Part shown: in pieces, positions 17,210-25,567 of the stretch | Position numbering within the stretch: the stretch's first letter is position 1 | How the letters are laid out: each line of letters begins with the position of its first letter | NCBI GenBank assembly: GCA_016191325.1 | Contig: JACPOV010000008.1 | Location: forward strand, 718,351-782,350 | DNA: 64,000 nucleotides | Direction of reading: 5' to 3' | From: Candidatus Babelota bacterium | GTDB lineage: Bacteria; Babelota; Babeliae; Babelales; JACPOV01 | Notes under the pieces: model-generated | Seen by the model: only the letters and a program-made list of their open reading frames with translations | What the model was told of the DNA's origin: nothing | Database searches by the model: none | Position numbers and translations under genes: made by a program

Positions 17210-18159
17210 TGCTTAATCCATCAATTATACATTACTCGAGCTTAGCAAGCGTTATTGCACTCACCAGCTTGGGAGCAAGTTTGGGCGGTGCGCGCGCAAG
17301 TAAGGCGGCGGTTGAAGCAATAAATATCCAACCAGCATCAAAAGCAGAGATCACAAAGGTTACGATTGTTGGACTCGCCTTAATCGAAACTGCTGCAATT
17401 TTGGCACTTATTTTAATTTTACTTTTATTATTCAAAATTAAAGGATTGCCAACTCCCGCAATGGCCTACGCAGAGCTTGGCATTGCTGCAGGAATGGGCA
17501 TAACAGGATTTATTAGCGGATTGGTTTCAGCGGCCCCTGTTGTACAAACATGTTTTGCAATTGCGCGCCAACCTTTTTTTTCGCAACAGTTGATGAATCT
17601 TATGATCATTACCCAAACAATTATTCAAACGCCATTGATTTTTGTATTTCTTATTTCACTTTTTGTAACATTTCAAAGCACTCCTGAACTTACACTCAAA
17701 TCGGGAATTATTTTAATGTCGGCCGGAATTTGTATGGGGCTTGGATCTGTCGGTCCATCAATTGGTTTAGGAAGATTTGCCGAAACCGCGTGTAGAAGCG
17801 TCGGCATCAATAAAAAAGCATATAGTTATATTTTGCCGTTCACGCTCATGAGCGGAGCGTTTATTGAAACGCCTCTTATTTTTGCTTTTCTCGTTTCTCT
17901 CATTTTGCTTGGCAATATTTCAAGCGCCGATGCTTTTATTGGAATCCGTTCGATTTGTGCAGCGCTTTGCATCGGCGTTGGCACGTTCATGCCCGGTATA
18001 AGTTCAAGCAAAACCGCAAGTGCCGCATGCGAGCAAATGGCATTTCACCAAACAAGCTATTCGCGTGTTTCGCAAGTGAGTATGTTTGCTCAAGGAATAA
18101 TCGACGCGGCTGCCGTCTATGCTTTACTGACCGCCCTGTTTATAGTATTTCTTAAATAA
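17209..18159 (+). CDS. atpE: fused four-hairpin F-type ATP synthase c subunit (8 predicted TM helices)
   Basis: 316 aa. TAATG overlap with atpB. Four c-like helix-loop-helix units with ~80-aa period. Unit 1, SKAAVEAINIQPASKAEITKVTIVGLALIETAAILALILILL, aligns well to canonical c subunits. Ion-site residues are E60, Q140, E220, D299. Loop motifs are NIQP, ARQP, GINKK, FHQTS. Confidence 0.8.
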   Translation: MLNPSIIHYSSLASVIALTSLGASLGGARASKAAVEAINIQPASKAEITKVTIVGLALIETAAILALILILLLLFKIKGLPTPAMAYAELGIAAGMGITGFISGLVSAAPVVQTCFAIARQPFFSQQLMNLMIITQTIIQTPLIFVFLISLFVTFQSTPELTLKSGIILMSAGICMGLGSVGPSIGLGRFAETACRSVGINKKAYSYILPFTLMSGAFIETPLIFAFLVSLILLGNISSADAFIGIRSICAALCIGVGTFMPGISSSKTASAACEQMAFHQTSYSRVSQVSMFAQGIIDAAAVYALLTALFIVFLK

Positions 18160-18163
18160 GTAG

Positions 18164-18195
18164 CCCCACAGACCGCTGCGCGGTCGTTTGTGGGG
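18164..18195 (+). terminator. GC-rich stem-loop directly after the c4 gene (no U-tract)
   Basis: CCCCACAGACCGC ... GCGGTC GTT TGTGGGG: 13 bp in two segments with a 3-nt bulge and a 3-nt loop, followed by ACCCCAGAAG rather than a T run. Confidence 0.4.
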
Positions 18196-18252
18196 ACCCC
18201 AGAAGAAAAACGTAACAGTTTTTGTTTCTGTCAAAAAATATTTAAGGAAAGT

Positions 18253-19392
18253 ATGAAAAAAAAAGAAGTGCACGTTTTGTATATTATTACAAAACTGGAA
18301 TTGGGCGGCGCGCAGAAAGTATGTTTAGCTCTTTTAAATGGAGCGCAAGAACAAGGCCACACGAGTTTTTTAATTGCAGGCGATGGCGGCATTTTATCTC
18401 AATCGGTTGCACACAATAAAAATGTTTTTTTATTAAATTCACTAAAACGAGAAGCGAATTTCGCATCGATTTGGGCCGAATTGAAAGCATTTAAAGATCT
18501 TGTCGCACACATAAGAAAAATTAGAATTAATTTCCCGAACTTAATCGTGCATACTCACAGCACAAAGGCTGGCATTATAGGAAGATGGGCCGCATTTTTT
18601 GCCGGCGCTTCTCGGCGCGTTCATACGATTCATGGTTTTGCATTTCATGATCATCAATCATGGCCACTTTGGTTTTTAATCTATGTTCTTGAGCTTCTGA
18701 CAAGTTTTATCACAACGCATTATGTTTGCGTTTCTTCGTACGATGTGCGAAAAGCTATTAACTTATTTCCGCGCTTTGCAAAAAAACATTCAATTATTCG
18801 CGCTGCGGTTGATCCCGAACCGTTTTTTCACGCTTCACGAAAAACAACGTTCGAAACCAAAAATGATTTATTCACTTTTGGGACCGTATCGTGTTTTAAA
18901 AAACAAAAAAATCTTTTTGATATGCTTCAAGCATTCTCTTATGGATATGAAAAAAATAATTTAATACGCCTTGAGATTATCGGAGACGGCGCAATGCGCC
19001 CCTCGCTTGAAGCATGGATTGCTCAGCGTAATTTGCAAGACGTTGTTAAATTACATGGCTGGCAAGAGAACGTCGCACCAATTATGGCAACATGGAACGC
19101 ATTTCTTTTAAGTTCCCTCTGGGAAGGATTGCCGTGTGCAATAGTTGAAGCGCGACTTTTAAAACTTCCCGTGCTTTCTTATGATACGGGCGGTGTGCAT
19201 GACGTGATATTTAACGGCGAAAATGGATTATTATACAAACCAAAATATTGGCAAGAACTTGCGCAAGGTATGCTTTCGGTAAGCAGCAATCGATTATTGC
19301 ATAAAAAACTTTCGCAATTCAAAGATGATCTTTCATCATTTGATCAGAATGTAATGATCAATCAACACTTGCAGCTTTATCGTTCATTTTAG
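18253..19392 (+). CDS. glycosyltransferase, GT4-like (GT-B fold)
   Basis: Start moved to the ATG at 18253 (AAGGAAA SD; the track start lies inside the upstream hairpin). MKKKEVHVLYIITKLELGGAQKV N-terminus and the C-terminal EGLPCAIVEA motif are typical of the family. Confidence 0.8.
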   Translation: MKKKEVHVLYIITKLELGGAQKVCLALLNGAQEQGHTSFLIAGDGGILSQSVAHNKNVFLLNSLKREANFASIWAELKAFKDLVAHIRKIRINFPNLIVHTHSTKAGIIGRWAAFFAGASRRVHTIHGFAFHDHQSWPLWFLIYVLELLTSFITTHYVCVSSYDVRKAINLFPRFAKKHSIIRAAVDPEPFFHASRKTTFETKNDLFTFGTVSCFKKQKNLFDMLQAFSYGYEKNNLIRLEIIGDGAMRPSLEAWIAQRNLQDVVKLHGWQENVAPIMATWNAFLLSSLWEGLPCAIVEARLLKLPVLSYDTGGVHDVIFNGENGLLYKPKYWQELAQGMLSVSSNRLLHKKLSQFKDDLSSFDQNVMINQHLQLYRSF

Positions 19393-19457
19393 TGACTTTT
19401 TCCGATCGTTGCATTACGTTATCATACGTAATTGCGCTTTGAGGTGAGGGGAAAACT

Positions 19458-20420
19458 ATGACACAAAATCAAGTCGAAAAAAAAACGTCGATTCAAAAAC
19501 TAATTCCTAAAGAATATAAAAACGTTATTGAATCGATCGGCAATACACCGTTAGTTAAAGTGGATTTTGGAACGGCACCCTTGATGCTTGCAAAACTGGA
19601 TTATCTCAATCCAGGCGGCAGCATAAAAGATAGATCAGCACTTTATATGATTGAAGAAGCAGAACGTCTTGGCCTCTTAAAACCTGGCGGAACGATTATT
19701 GATGCATCTTCTGGAAATCAAGGAATCGCCAGCGCAATGATCGGTGCGGTTAAAGGATACAACGTTATCATCACCGTTTCTGAAAAAATCAGCAAAGAAA
19801 AATTGCAAACAATTAAAGCATACGGCGCGCAGGTTGTAATGTGCCCCGCTACTTCATACCTTGAAGATCCCAATTCCTATCACAGCAAAGCGGTAGAAAT
19901 TCATAAAAATACACCCAACTCATTTATGCCAAACCAATATTTCAATAAATCAAATGCGTGGGCGCATTATTATTCCCTCGGCCCTGAAATCTGGAATCAA
20001 ACGGACGGCATGGTAACTCACGTTTTTGCGGCAGTGGGAACCGGTGGCCATATGAGCGGATTAGGCAAATATTTAAAAGAAAAAAATCCGAACGTAAAAG
20101 TAATTGCGCTCGATTCAATTAATTCATGGCGCTCCACAAACGGAAATCCAAAGCCGTATAAAATTGAAGGAATCGGCGTAGATTTTGCATCGCCTGTTCT
20201 TGATTATTCAGTCATTGATGAATTTGTCGGCGTAAGCGATGAAGATGGGCTTGGTATGCTCAAAACAATGGCACGCCATCATGGCTTGCTCATTGGGCCA
20301 AGCAGCGGTGCAGTGGCTTATGCTGCATGCGAATATAGCAAAAAACTCAAAGCGACCGATGTTGGCGTTATGATTTTTGGCGATTCTGGAAGAGCTTATT
20401 TGACGAAAGATTTTTATTAA
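19458..20420 (+). CDS. PLP-dependent cysteine synthase / cystathionine beta-synthase family enzyme
   Basis: IGNTPLVKV, NPGGSIKDRSALYMI (PLP lysine), SSGNQGIASA and GTGGHMSG motifs. 320 aa. CysK, CysM and CBS cannot be distinguished by eye. Confidence 0.85.
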   Translation: MTQNQVEKKTSIQKLIPKEYKNVIESIGNTPLVKVDFGTAPLMLAKLDYLNPGGSIKDRSALYMIEEAERLGLLKPGGTIIDASSGNQGIASAMIGAVKGYNVIITVSEKISKEKLQTIKAYGAQVVMCPATSYLEDPNSYHSKAVEIHKNTPNSFMPNQYFNKSNAWAHYYSLGPEIWNQTDGMVTHVFAAVGTGGHMSGLGKYLKEKNPNVKVIALDSINSWRSTNGNPKPYKIEGIGVDFASPVLDYSVIDEFVGVSDEDGLGMLKTMARHHGLLIGPSSGAVAYAACEYSKKLKATDVGVMIFGDSGRAYLTKDFY

Positions 20421-20422
20421 TA

Positions 20423-21715
20423 TTAATCGAGCTCTTCAAGTTTAGATTGAGCACCAAATAATTTTGCTTCTGTTTTAAGAAGCTCGCTAATGCGGCGTGC
20501 ATTATCATAGCCATAGGGGGCAAACGCATGCTCTTCTTTATCAGCAAATTCACGAAATTTCTCAGCATATTGCACACGCGTCATCTGATCTCTCTTTTTA
20601 TCATCATTCTCTACAGCTTTCTTTAAACAAAATTGCATACATTTATAGATTAGAGGAATACTTATGATACCAGCGAGACCTATTACTTTAAAAACATTAT
20701 CTTCATCCTTTTTATTACTCAATTCGATATAACCCCTCGCAAACAAAGCACTTGGGATCCCTGCTGCAATACCAGTTAACAACAAGGCCTCTGGTTGGGA
20801 AACCAGTCTAAGATCGGTCTGGGCACTCTTGGCATTCTTGCTATTAAGAGATGCAAAATGCTGGTCTGCTTGATATTCCTGGTGCCTCCATAAAGACAAT
20901 CTATCTGCTTCTGGTATGGTTTTTCCTCCTATTTCCCACGTATACTGAAATGAATGTAACTTTTTTGCATGCCCTAATTCATGCATCAATAATGCTATTT
21001 GCTTATCTGTGTTCATTAGTGCACAACGCGGAGTAAAAACAAGACGTACCCCATCTTTTCTTGAACGGAAATCACAGTAGCCGATCCAAGAACTATTGGG
21101 AAAGTCATTGCTAACCTCAACATAAATTTTCATTTTTTTAAGATCATCATCGCAAGAGACAATTTCTTCTAATTTCTCTCGCAATGGTTTAAAAAGCGAT
21201 ATTTTAACTAATTTTGAATAAATAATCCCAGGTTCTTTACAAAATTTTTCTTTTTTTTCCTGGCAATATTTAGAAACCGCAGAATATAATTCGCCAGGGG
21301 CATTAAATTTATCACCAAAATCTTTTTGCTGTATTTCATCAAAAATTCGCTCAGTGCGCTTATCCAAAAATTTGTGCACAAACTTCGTCACCGTCTGATT
21401 ATTTGCATGAATAGCGCGAACAAAACTTTCTTGAGGATTTACTTTCTGGGTGACGCGCTCTCGATAAGAGCGAAAATAACTATCGATCGTAGTTGGGTTA
21501 TCTTTTTGCCAAACTGTGTTCAATAATGCTTTTTCATTAAATTTTTCTGCAATACCAATTCCCAAAGCTGCTGGCTGAGGCGTGTTAGCTTGCCTAGAAA
21601 TTGTTTGTTTATTGGCGAATTTTTGCAAACCTTGAAAATCGGCATACGATGCCGAGGCAAAATTGTATAAAAAAAGGCAAATAATTATTTTCATTTTATT
21701 CATAAAATATCCCAT
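20423..21715 (-). CDS. secreted HExxH zinc metallopeptidase-like protein (M48-like) with C-terminal TM segments
   Basis: Signal peptide (MKIIICLFLYNFASASYA), LLMHELGHAKK followed by EYQADQHF (HExxH ... ExxAD pattern), and two hydrophobic helices near the C-terminus. Start ambiguous among 21715, 21703 and 21694. Confidence 0.6.
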   Translation of the reverse strand: MGYFMNKMKIIICLFLYNFASASYADFQGLQKFANKQTISRQANTPQPAALGIGIAEKFNEKALLNTVWQKDNPTTIDSYFRSYRERVTQKVNPQESFVRAIHANNQTVTKFVHKFLDKRTERIFDEIQQKDFGDKFNAPGELYSAVSKYCQEKKEKFCKEPGIIYSKLVKISLFKPLREKLEEIVSCDDDLKKMKIYVEVSNDFPNSSWIGYCDFRSRKDGVRLVFTPRCALMNTDKQIALLMHELGHAKKLHSFQYTWEIGGKTIPEADRLSLWRHQEYQADQHFASLNSKNAKSAQTDLRLVSQPEALLLTGIAAGIPSALFARGYIELSNKKDEDNVFKVIGLAGIISIPLIYKCMQFCLKKAVENDDKKRDQMTRVQYAEKFREFADKEEHAFAPYGYDNARRISELLKTEAKLFGAQSKLEELD

Positions 21716-21820
21716 AATTGATTACTTTATTATAGTATCAAATTTGATATTTTTTTCAAGTTGAATAAAATTGGCCAAATTTATAGCCATTTTAACAGAT
21801 ATACATCAGTTTGAATTGAC

Positions 21821-21875
21821 GTGATGGTTTTTTGGTGATTCGGGAAGAGCGTATTTAACAAAAGATTTTTATTAA
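21821..21875 (+). pseudogene. relic of the last ~18 codons of a cysteine-synthase-family gene (diverged direct repeat of 20367-20420)
   Basis: GTGATGGTTTTTTGGTGATTCGGGAAGAGCGTATTTAACAAAAGATTTTTATTAA encodes VMVF(+1 T)GDSGRAYLTKDFY*. The intact gene end is VMIFGDSGRAYLTKDFY*. There are 7 substitutions, 6 of them synonymous third positions, plus one extra T. Confidence 0.75.
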
Positions 21876-22456
21876 TAATACCCGAGACATTTCGTAAAGT
21901 TCCTCACGATGCCCGCGCTAACAGCACCAGTTACAACCAAAATAGTAAGATGGGCAATATAAGCTCTCGAAAAAGGATCATATACGCGCGGCCATTCGCT
22001 CAAACGGTGAAGCTGTGTCCCTTGTTTTTCGTACAAGGCATATGACCTAATATCCGCTTGCCTGATAAGGTCTTTTTTGCCTAAAATGAACGATTCTCCA
22101 ATGTGCTCAACGTCTTCTTTTTTTCCAAAATGGTGAGCAAAAGAATTCGCTTCATAATAAGAATGATATTTTAATAAATTTCTGGGGTTACGCGTCTCAA
22201 CGCGAACAACTTTTTTTCTTTCCTCAAATTGATTTATCGGAATCTGCGAAAATGTTTCTTGATCATCAAATTCATCCGATTTAATAAAAATGCGCACTTC
22301 GCCTGTTTGAGCCGGTTCGTCTTTTGGATCCATTTCAATGCGTGCAGGATGAGCATACTTTTGCTCAACACTCAATACCCAGCGCGGTAAGCAAGCATGT
22401 GTAATAAGTGTTAGATTAAAAAGTATCACCGAAAAAATAGTTGTTATAAAATTCAT
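21872..22456 (-). CDS. secreted/tail-anchored hypothetical protein, tandem paralog A
   Basis: Signal-like N-terminus and C-terminal TM (HLTILVVTGAVSAGIV). IRSYALYEKQGTQLHRL matches ISSYAVFKRSGTHLKKI of the next gene. Confidence 0.6.
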   Translation of the reverse strand: MNFITTIFSVILFNLTLITHACLPRWVLSVEQKYAHPARIEMDPKDEPAQTGEVRIFIKSDEFDDQETFSQIPINQFEERKKVVRVETRNPRNLLKYHSYYEANSFAHHFGKKEDVEHIGESFILGKKDLIRQADIRSYALYEKQGTQLHRLSEWPRVYDPFSRAYIAHLTILVVTGAVSAGIVRNFTKCLGYY

Positions 22457-22968
22457 TTACAGCTTCCGAATACATAAGAATCAACACAACATAAAGCACA
22501 TGCTACAACTATTTGCGCTCCAAAAAAATGATACGGCTTACTATCTATCAATGGGTGATAACTATTTTGTGAATTATTAGACTCCAATTTTCTTTCATAA
22601 ATTTTTTTTAAATGAGTTCCACTTCTCTTGAACACTGCATAAGAAGAGATATTCAACTGATAATTTGCATCAAGACGCTCCGATGGTTTCTTTTTGTACC
22701 ATTGATCAAAAAAAGGCACCGAGTCATAAAAGGATACTAATTTTTTACCATTCTTATCCAAACAAATGGTTTGAACGATTTTCTCACTTCTTCTGTTAGA
22801 TCGTCCGCTGATATCAATGATTTCACCCATCGAAATGTTCCGAATCCGGTCTTGATATACTATGTCTTTGTAATTCTTACTAAATAAAATCTTAATTTTG
22901 TTGGGGTGCTCTTCTGCATTGATGGAAAAAACCATAAGTAATTGCAAAATAAAAAAACGTTTGATCAT
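22453..22968 (-). CDS. secreted/tail-anchored hypothetical protein, tandem paralog B
   Basis: Signal peptide MIKRFFILQLLMVFSINA and a C-terminal hydrophobic Cys-rich helix. 4-nt overlap with the downstream paralog. Confidence 0.6.
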   Translation of the reverse strand: MIKRFFILQLLMVFSINAEEHPNKIKILFSKNYKDIVYQDRIRNISMGEIIDISGRSNRRSEKIVQTICLDKNGKKLVSFYDSVPFFDQWYKKKPSERLDANYQLNISSYAVFKRSGTHLKKIYERKLESNNSQNSYHPLIDSKPYHFFGAQIVVACALCCVDSYVFGSCK

Positions 22969-23074
22969 AGAGCCTGCAAGTAAAAATTAAATTTTTCTCG
23001 CACTAAAGATACCAATTTTTTGCAAATAATAAAGGCTTGCGCAAAACCGACAACCTTTAAAAATAATTATTCTT

Positions 23075-25447
23075 TTAAAAAGGTTTTTTTCTTTTTTGGT
23101 ATTCGCGCCAGATAATTGTAGCGCCGATGAGAGCAATAAAGAATATTAGCATGAAGATTCCGCTCGTTAAGGAATGCGAAGCTGCATAATTCTTTTTTTC
23201 TTCAGGTTGCATTCGTTTGCCAGAAACATTCCCTTTCGTTCCTTCTTCCATTGGCCCTTGATAGGGGTCGATTTCTCGATAGGGAGAGAACGGAGCAGTT
23301 GGCATGCCTTCTTTTGCATAACCAAATGGCTGAGCTAAAGGTTTTTGTTCTTGCGTTTGGCTCGCTTTTTCTGATGGCGTAGCGGGAATTGAATAACCTC
23401 CGTAAGGAAGTTGATTTCGCTCGCCCGTATCAAAGAAACCGGGTATGGACGGATAAGCTGCGGAATTGCGAGTTACGGATGAATTTCTATAACGATCTCC
23501 GGGCGCAAACGATTGATTGAACTCTCTTATTGGCAAAGTTCCTGTAGACTCGTATGGGGCATTGTCAGTTGATCTCGCGCGATTGCTTGATGAAGGTATT
23601 ATTCTTGATCTGCCCGGCTGTATTCGTGACCAAGGAGTAAATTCAATCTTGTCGTACGCTTTTTTAATTTCTGGTAATTTACCCTCGAACTGTTTTTTTT
23701 CAGAACTAGGCAATTTTGAATCTTTTTCAATACGCAGCATTTCATCTTTCTTATCAACTATTTTTTCCGGAACTGCTGATATTTCTGGAGAAAGAATTAT
23801 CTGCTCTTTTTCGCTTATTGCTTTCTTTGCATCTTTTTGACTATCAGCTTTTTTAATTTTCTTGAAAGCATTTTCATCATCTCCTGCAACATCACCAATT
23901 CTTGGGCGCTTAATTGTCGGTGGTAAATTCCCGCCTGCTACAATCGCTTGTTGCAACTGAAGAGTTCCTGGTTTTAGTTCTATCAAAGCTTGTTGGCGTG
24001 CAACATCTTGAAAAACCCCTTCTTTGAGAGCGGCAGATTCTTTAATGATACTCTCTTGCTCTTCGGGCGGTAAATTTTCGCCTGAGACGATCGCTTGTTG
24101 CAGCTCAAGAGTTCCTGGTTTTAATTCTATCAAAGCCTTCTCGCGCGCAATTTCTTGAGTGGCCCCTTCTTTTAGAGCCGCGGATTCTTTAACAATACTA
24201 TTTTGCTCTTCTTTGTTTTCTTGCGATTTTGGCATGCTAATTTCTAACTCTTTGCCTATTTGCTCAATCGATTGCGCAGGAACTCGAGGTTCCACTTTTT
24301 CTACTGCCTTGCTAACTGGCTCTTGAATATTCTTTTCTATAATTGTTTCCGGTTCCGGCGCGATTTGAACGATTGGTTCAGCTACGAACGGAATAGGGGG
24401 AATGATTTGTGCAGGAGAAACTACCGGTATAATGTAGTTTGATTGGCCAAAGTTCACCGGTTCGGTAAGCGCACGATATTTTTGCTCACTAATTTGCGGG
24501 CGCTGTTGTTCACGCTCTGCATTAATCGCAAGAGCATTAAGTCGCTCAACCGTTGTGCCAAATAAATTTCTTAGTATTGCGTCATCCGGAAGTTGAATAA
24601 CATCTTGCCTTGAGTTGTAACCGCTTAAACGGGCCATATCAACTACTAATTTTTTAATCAATTGCTGTACCTGAGGAATTGCTAGCCCTTTCAATGAGCC
24701 AATGCGCATTGCAATTTGAGCGACAGATTGAGATCCATATCCTTCAAACGGAATCATTTCTTTTGATTCTTCTTGCGGCAATTGCTCTAAAACGTGCTGC
24801 GCAATCGTATCAAAACCCGCAAGTATCAATTCAATTTTCCTTTGTTCTATTTGCGGCCGGGTAAGTGCTCGTTGCTCAAAACGTTGCTGAGCAATCTCTT
24901 GCCCTTCTATTTCGCTTAGTGCAGGAACAAATTCTTCTTGCTCCAGCTCCGGTTCTATAAGAGAAAGCTCTTGGTACATCGGATATTCAATTGCCGGATA
25001 TTCTTTTTTTACCGACTCAGTTTTTTTAATCGTTGCCTGTTTTTCAGCTTGGCTTTTTATTTTTTGTGCCATTTGAGCGGGAGTTAATATTGTTCTTTGA
25101 GAAGGCGCTGGCTCAATCTCTTGCTCTACGGGTTTTTCTAGAGGTGCAGAATAGACAGGAAAAAGGGGTTTAGTAAATTGGAATGACTTAATTGTTTGGG
25201 TAAATCTTTGAAGATAGGTAGGCTGAGCTGATTTTTCTGGCTCAATCGCTGGAGTTATGCTTGCTCCTGAAAATGCAGGCGTCACAGTTTTCGTTTGCAC
25301 CGGCCTAATTGTAGGGGATTGCTTCGTTTTGCGTATTGGCTGTGCAGGCTTTTTAAACTGTATACGGCTAGAAGCAGTACCAAATATTCCTGCAAAAGCT
25401 TCTACGCTTAAAAGTGATAATAAACTAAGGAATAATAATTTTTTCAT
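23075..25447 (-). CDS. large secreted, P/E/Q-rich low-complexity protein with C-terminal membrane anchor
   Basis: Start moved to the ATG at 25447 (AGAGG upstream). Signal peptide MKKLLFLSLLSLLSVEAFA, long disorder-like sequence, a 49-aa tandem repeat, and C-terminal TM SGIFMLIFFIALIGATIIW followed by REYQKRKKPF. Confidence 0.7.
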   Translation of the reverse strand: MKKLLFLSLLSLLSVEAFAGIFGTASSRIQFKKPAQPIRKTKQSPTIRPVQTKTVTPAFSGASITPAIEPEKSAQPTYLQRFTQTIKSFQFTKPLFPVYSAPLEKPVEQEIEPAPSQRTILTPAQMAQKIKSQAEKQATIKKTESVKKEYPAIEYPMYQELSLIEPELEQEEFVPALSEIEGQEIAQQRFEQRALTRPQIEQRKIELILAGFDTIAQHVLEQLPQEESKEMIPFEGYGSQSVAQIAMRIGSLKGLAIPQVQQLIKKLVVDMARLSGYNSRQDVIQLPDDAILRNLFGTTVERLNALAINAEREQQRPQISEQKYRALTEPVNFGQSNYIIPVVSPAQIIPPIPFVAEPIVQIAPEPETIIEKNIQEPVSKAVEKVEPRVPAQSIEQIGKELEISMPKSQENKEEQNSIVKESAALKEGATQEIAREKALIELKPGTLELQQAIVSGENLPPEEQESIIKESAALKEGVFQDVARQQALIELKPGTLQLQQAIVAGGNLPPTIKRPRIGDVAGDDENAFKKIKKADSQKDAKKAISEKEQIILSPEISAVPEKIVDKKDEMLRIEKDSKLPSSEKKQFEGKLPEIKKAYDKIEFTPWSRIQPGRSRIIPSSSNRARSTDNAPYESTGTLPIREFNQSFAPGDRYRNSSVTRNSAAYPSIPGFFDTGERNQLPYGGYSIPATPSEKASQTQEQKPLAQPFGYAKEGMPTAPFSPYREIDPYQGPMEEGTKGNVSGKRMQPEEKKNYAASHSLTSGIFMLIFFIALIGATIIWREYQKRKKPF
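23918..24211 (-). repeat. 2 x 147-bp in-frame tandem repeat inside the 790-aa gene
   Basis: GGTAAATT anchors at 23922 and 24069 give a 147-nt period. Encoded units are ESIIKESAALKEGVFQDVARQQALIELKPGTLQLQQAIVAGGNLPP and NSIVKESAALKEGATQEIAREKALIELKPGTLELQQAIVSGENLPP. Confidence 0.8.
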
Positions 25448-25536
25448 CTTTTCCAACCTCTTTTAATTCAACTATTAGTATAACTGATTTTGCAAAATTT
25501 TCAATCAGTAATTAATTAAGGTGCGGAAAAGTGATA

Positions 25537-25562
25537 TTTTTTTATAGCGCCCTATAAAAAAA
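25537..25562. terminator. AT-rich palindromic hairpin 5 nt downstream of the 25568 gene
   Basis: TTTTTTTATAG CGCC CTATAAAAAAA: a perfect inverted repeat with a 4-nt centre. Confidence 0.45.
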
Positions 25563-25567
25563 GCTAA

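Noticed and set aside
18190-18252. Upstream extension of the glycosyltransferase ORF (track start 18190)
   Set aside because: The start lies inside the GC-rich hairpin after the c4 gene. The ATG at 18253 has an AAGGAAA SD and gives the typical GT4 N-terminus.
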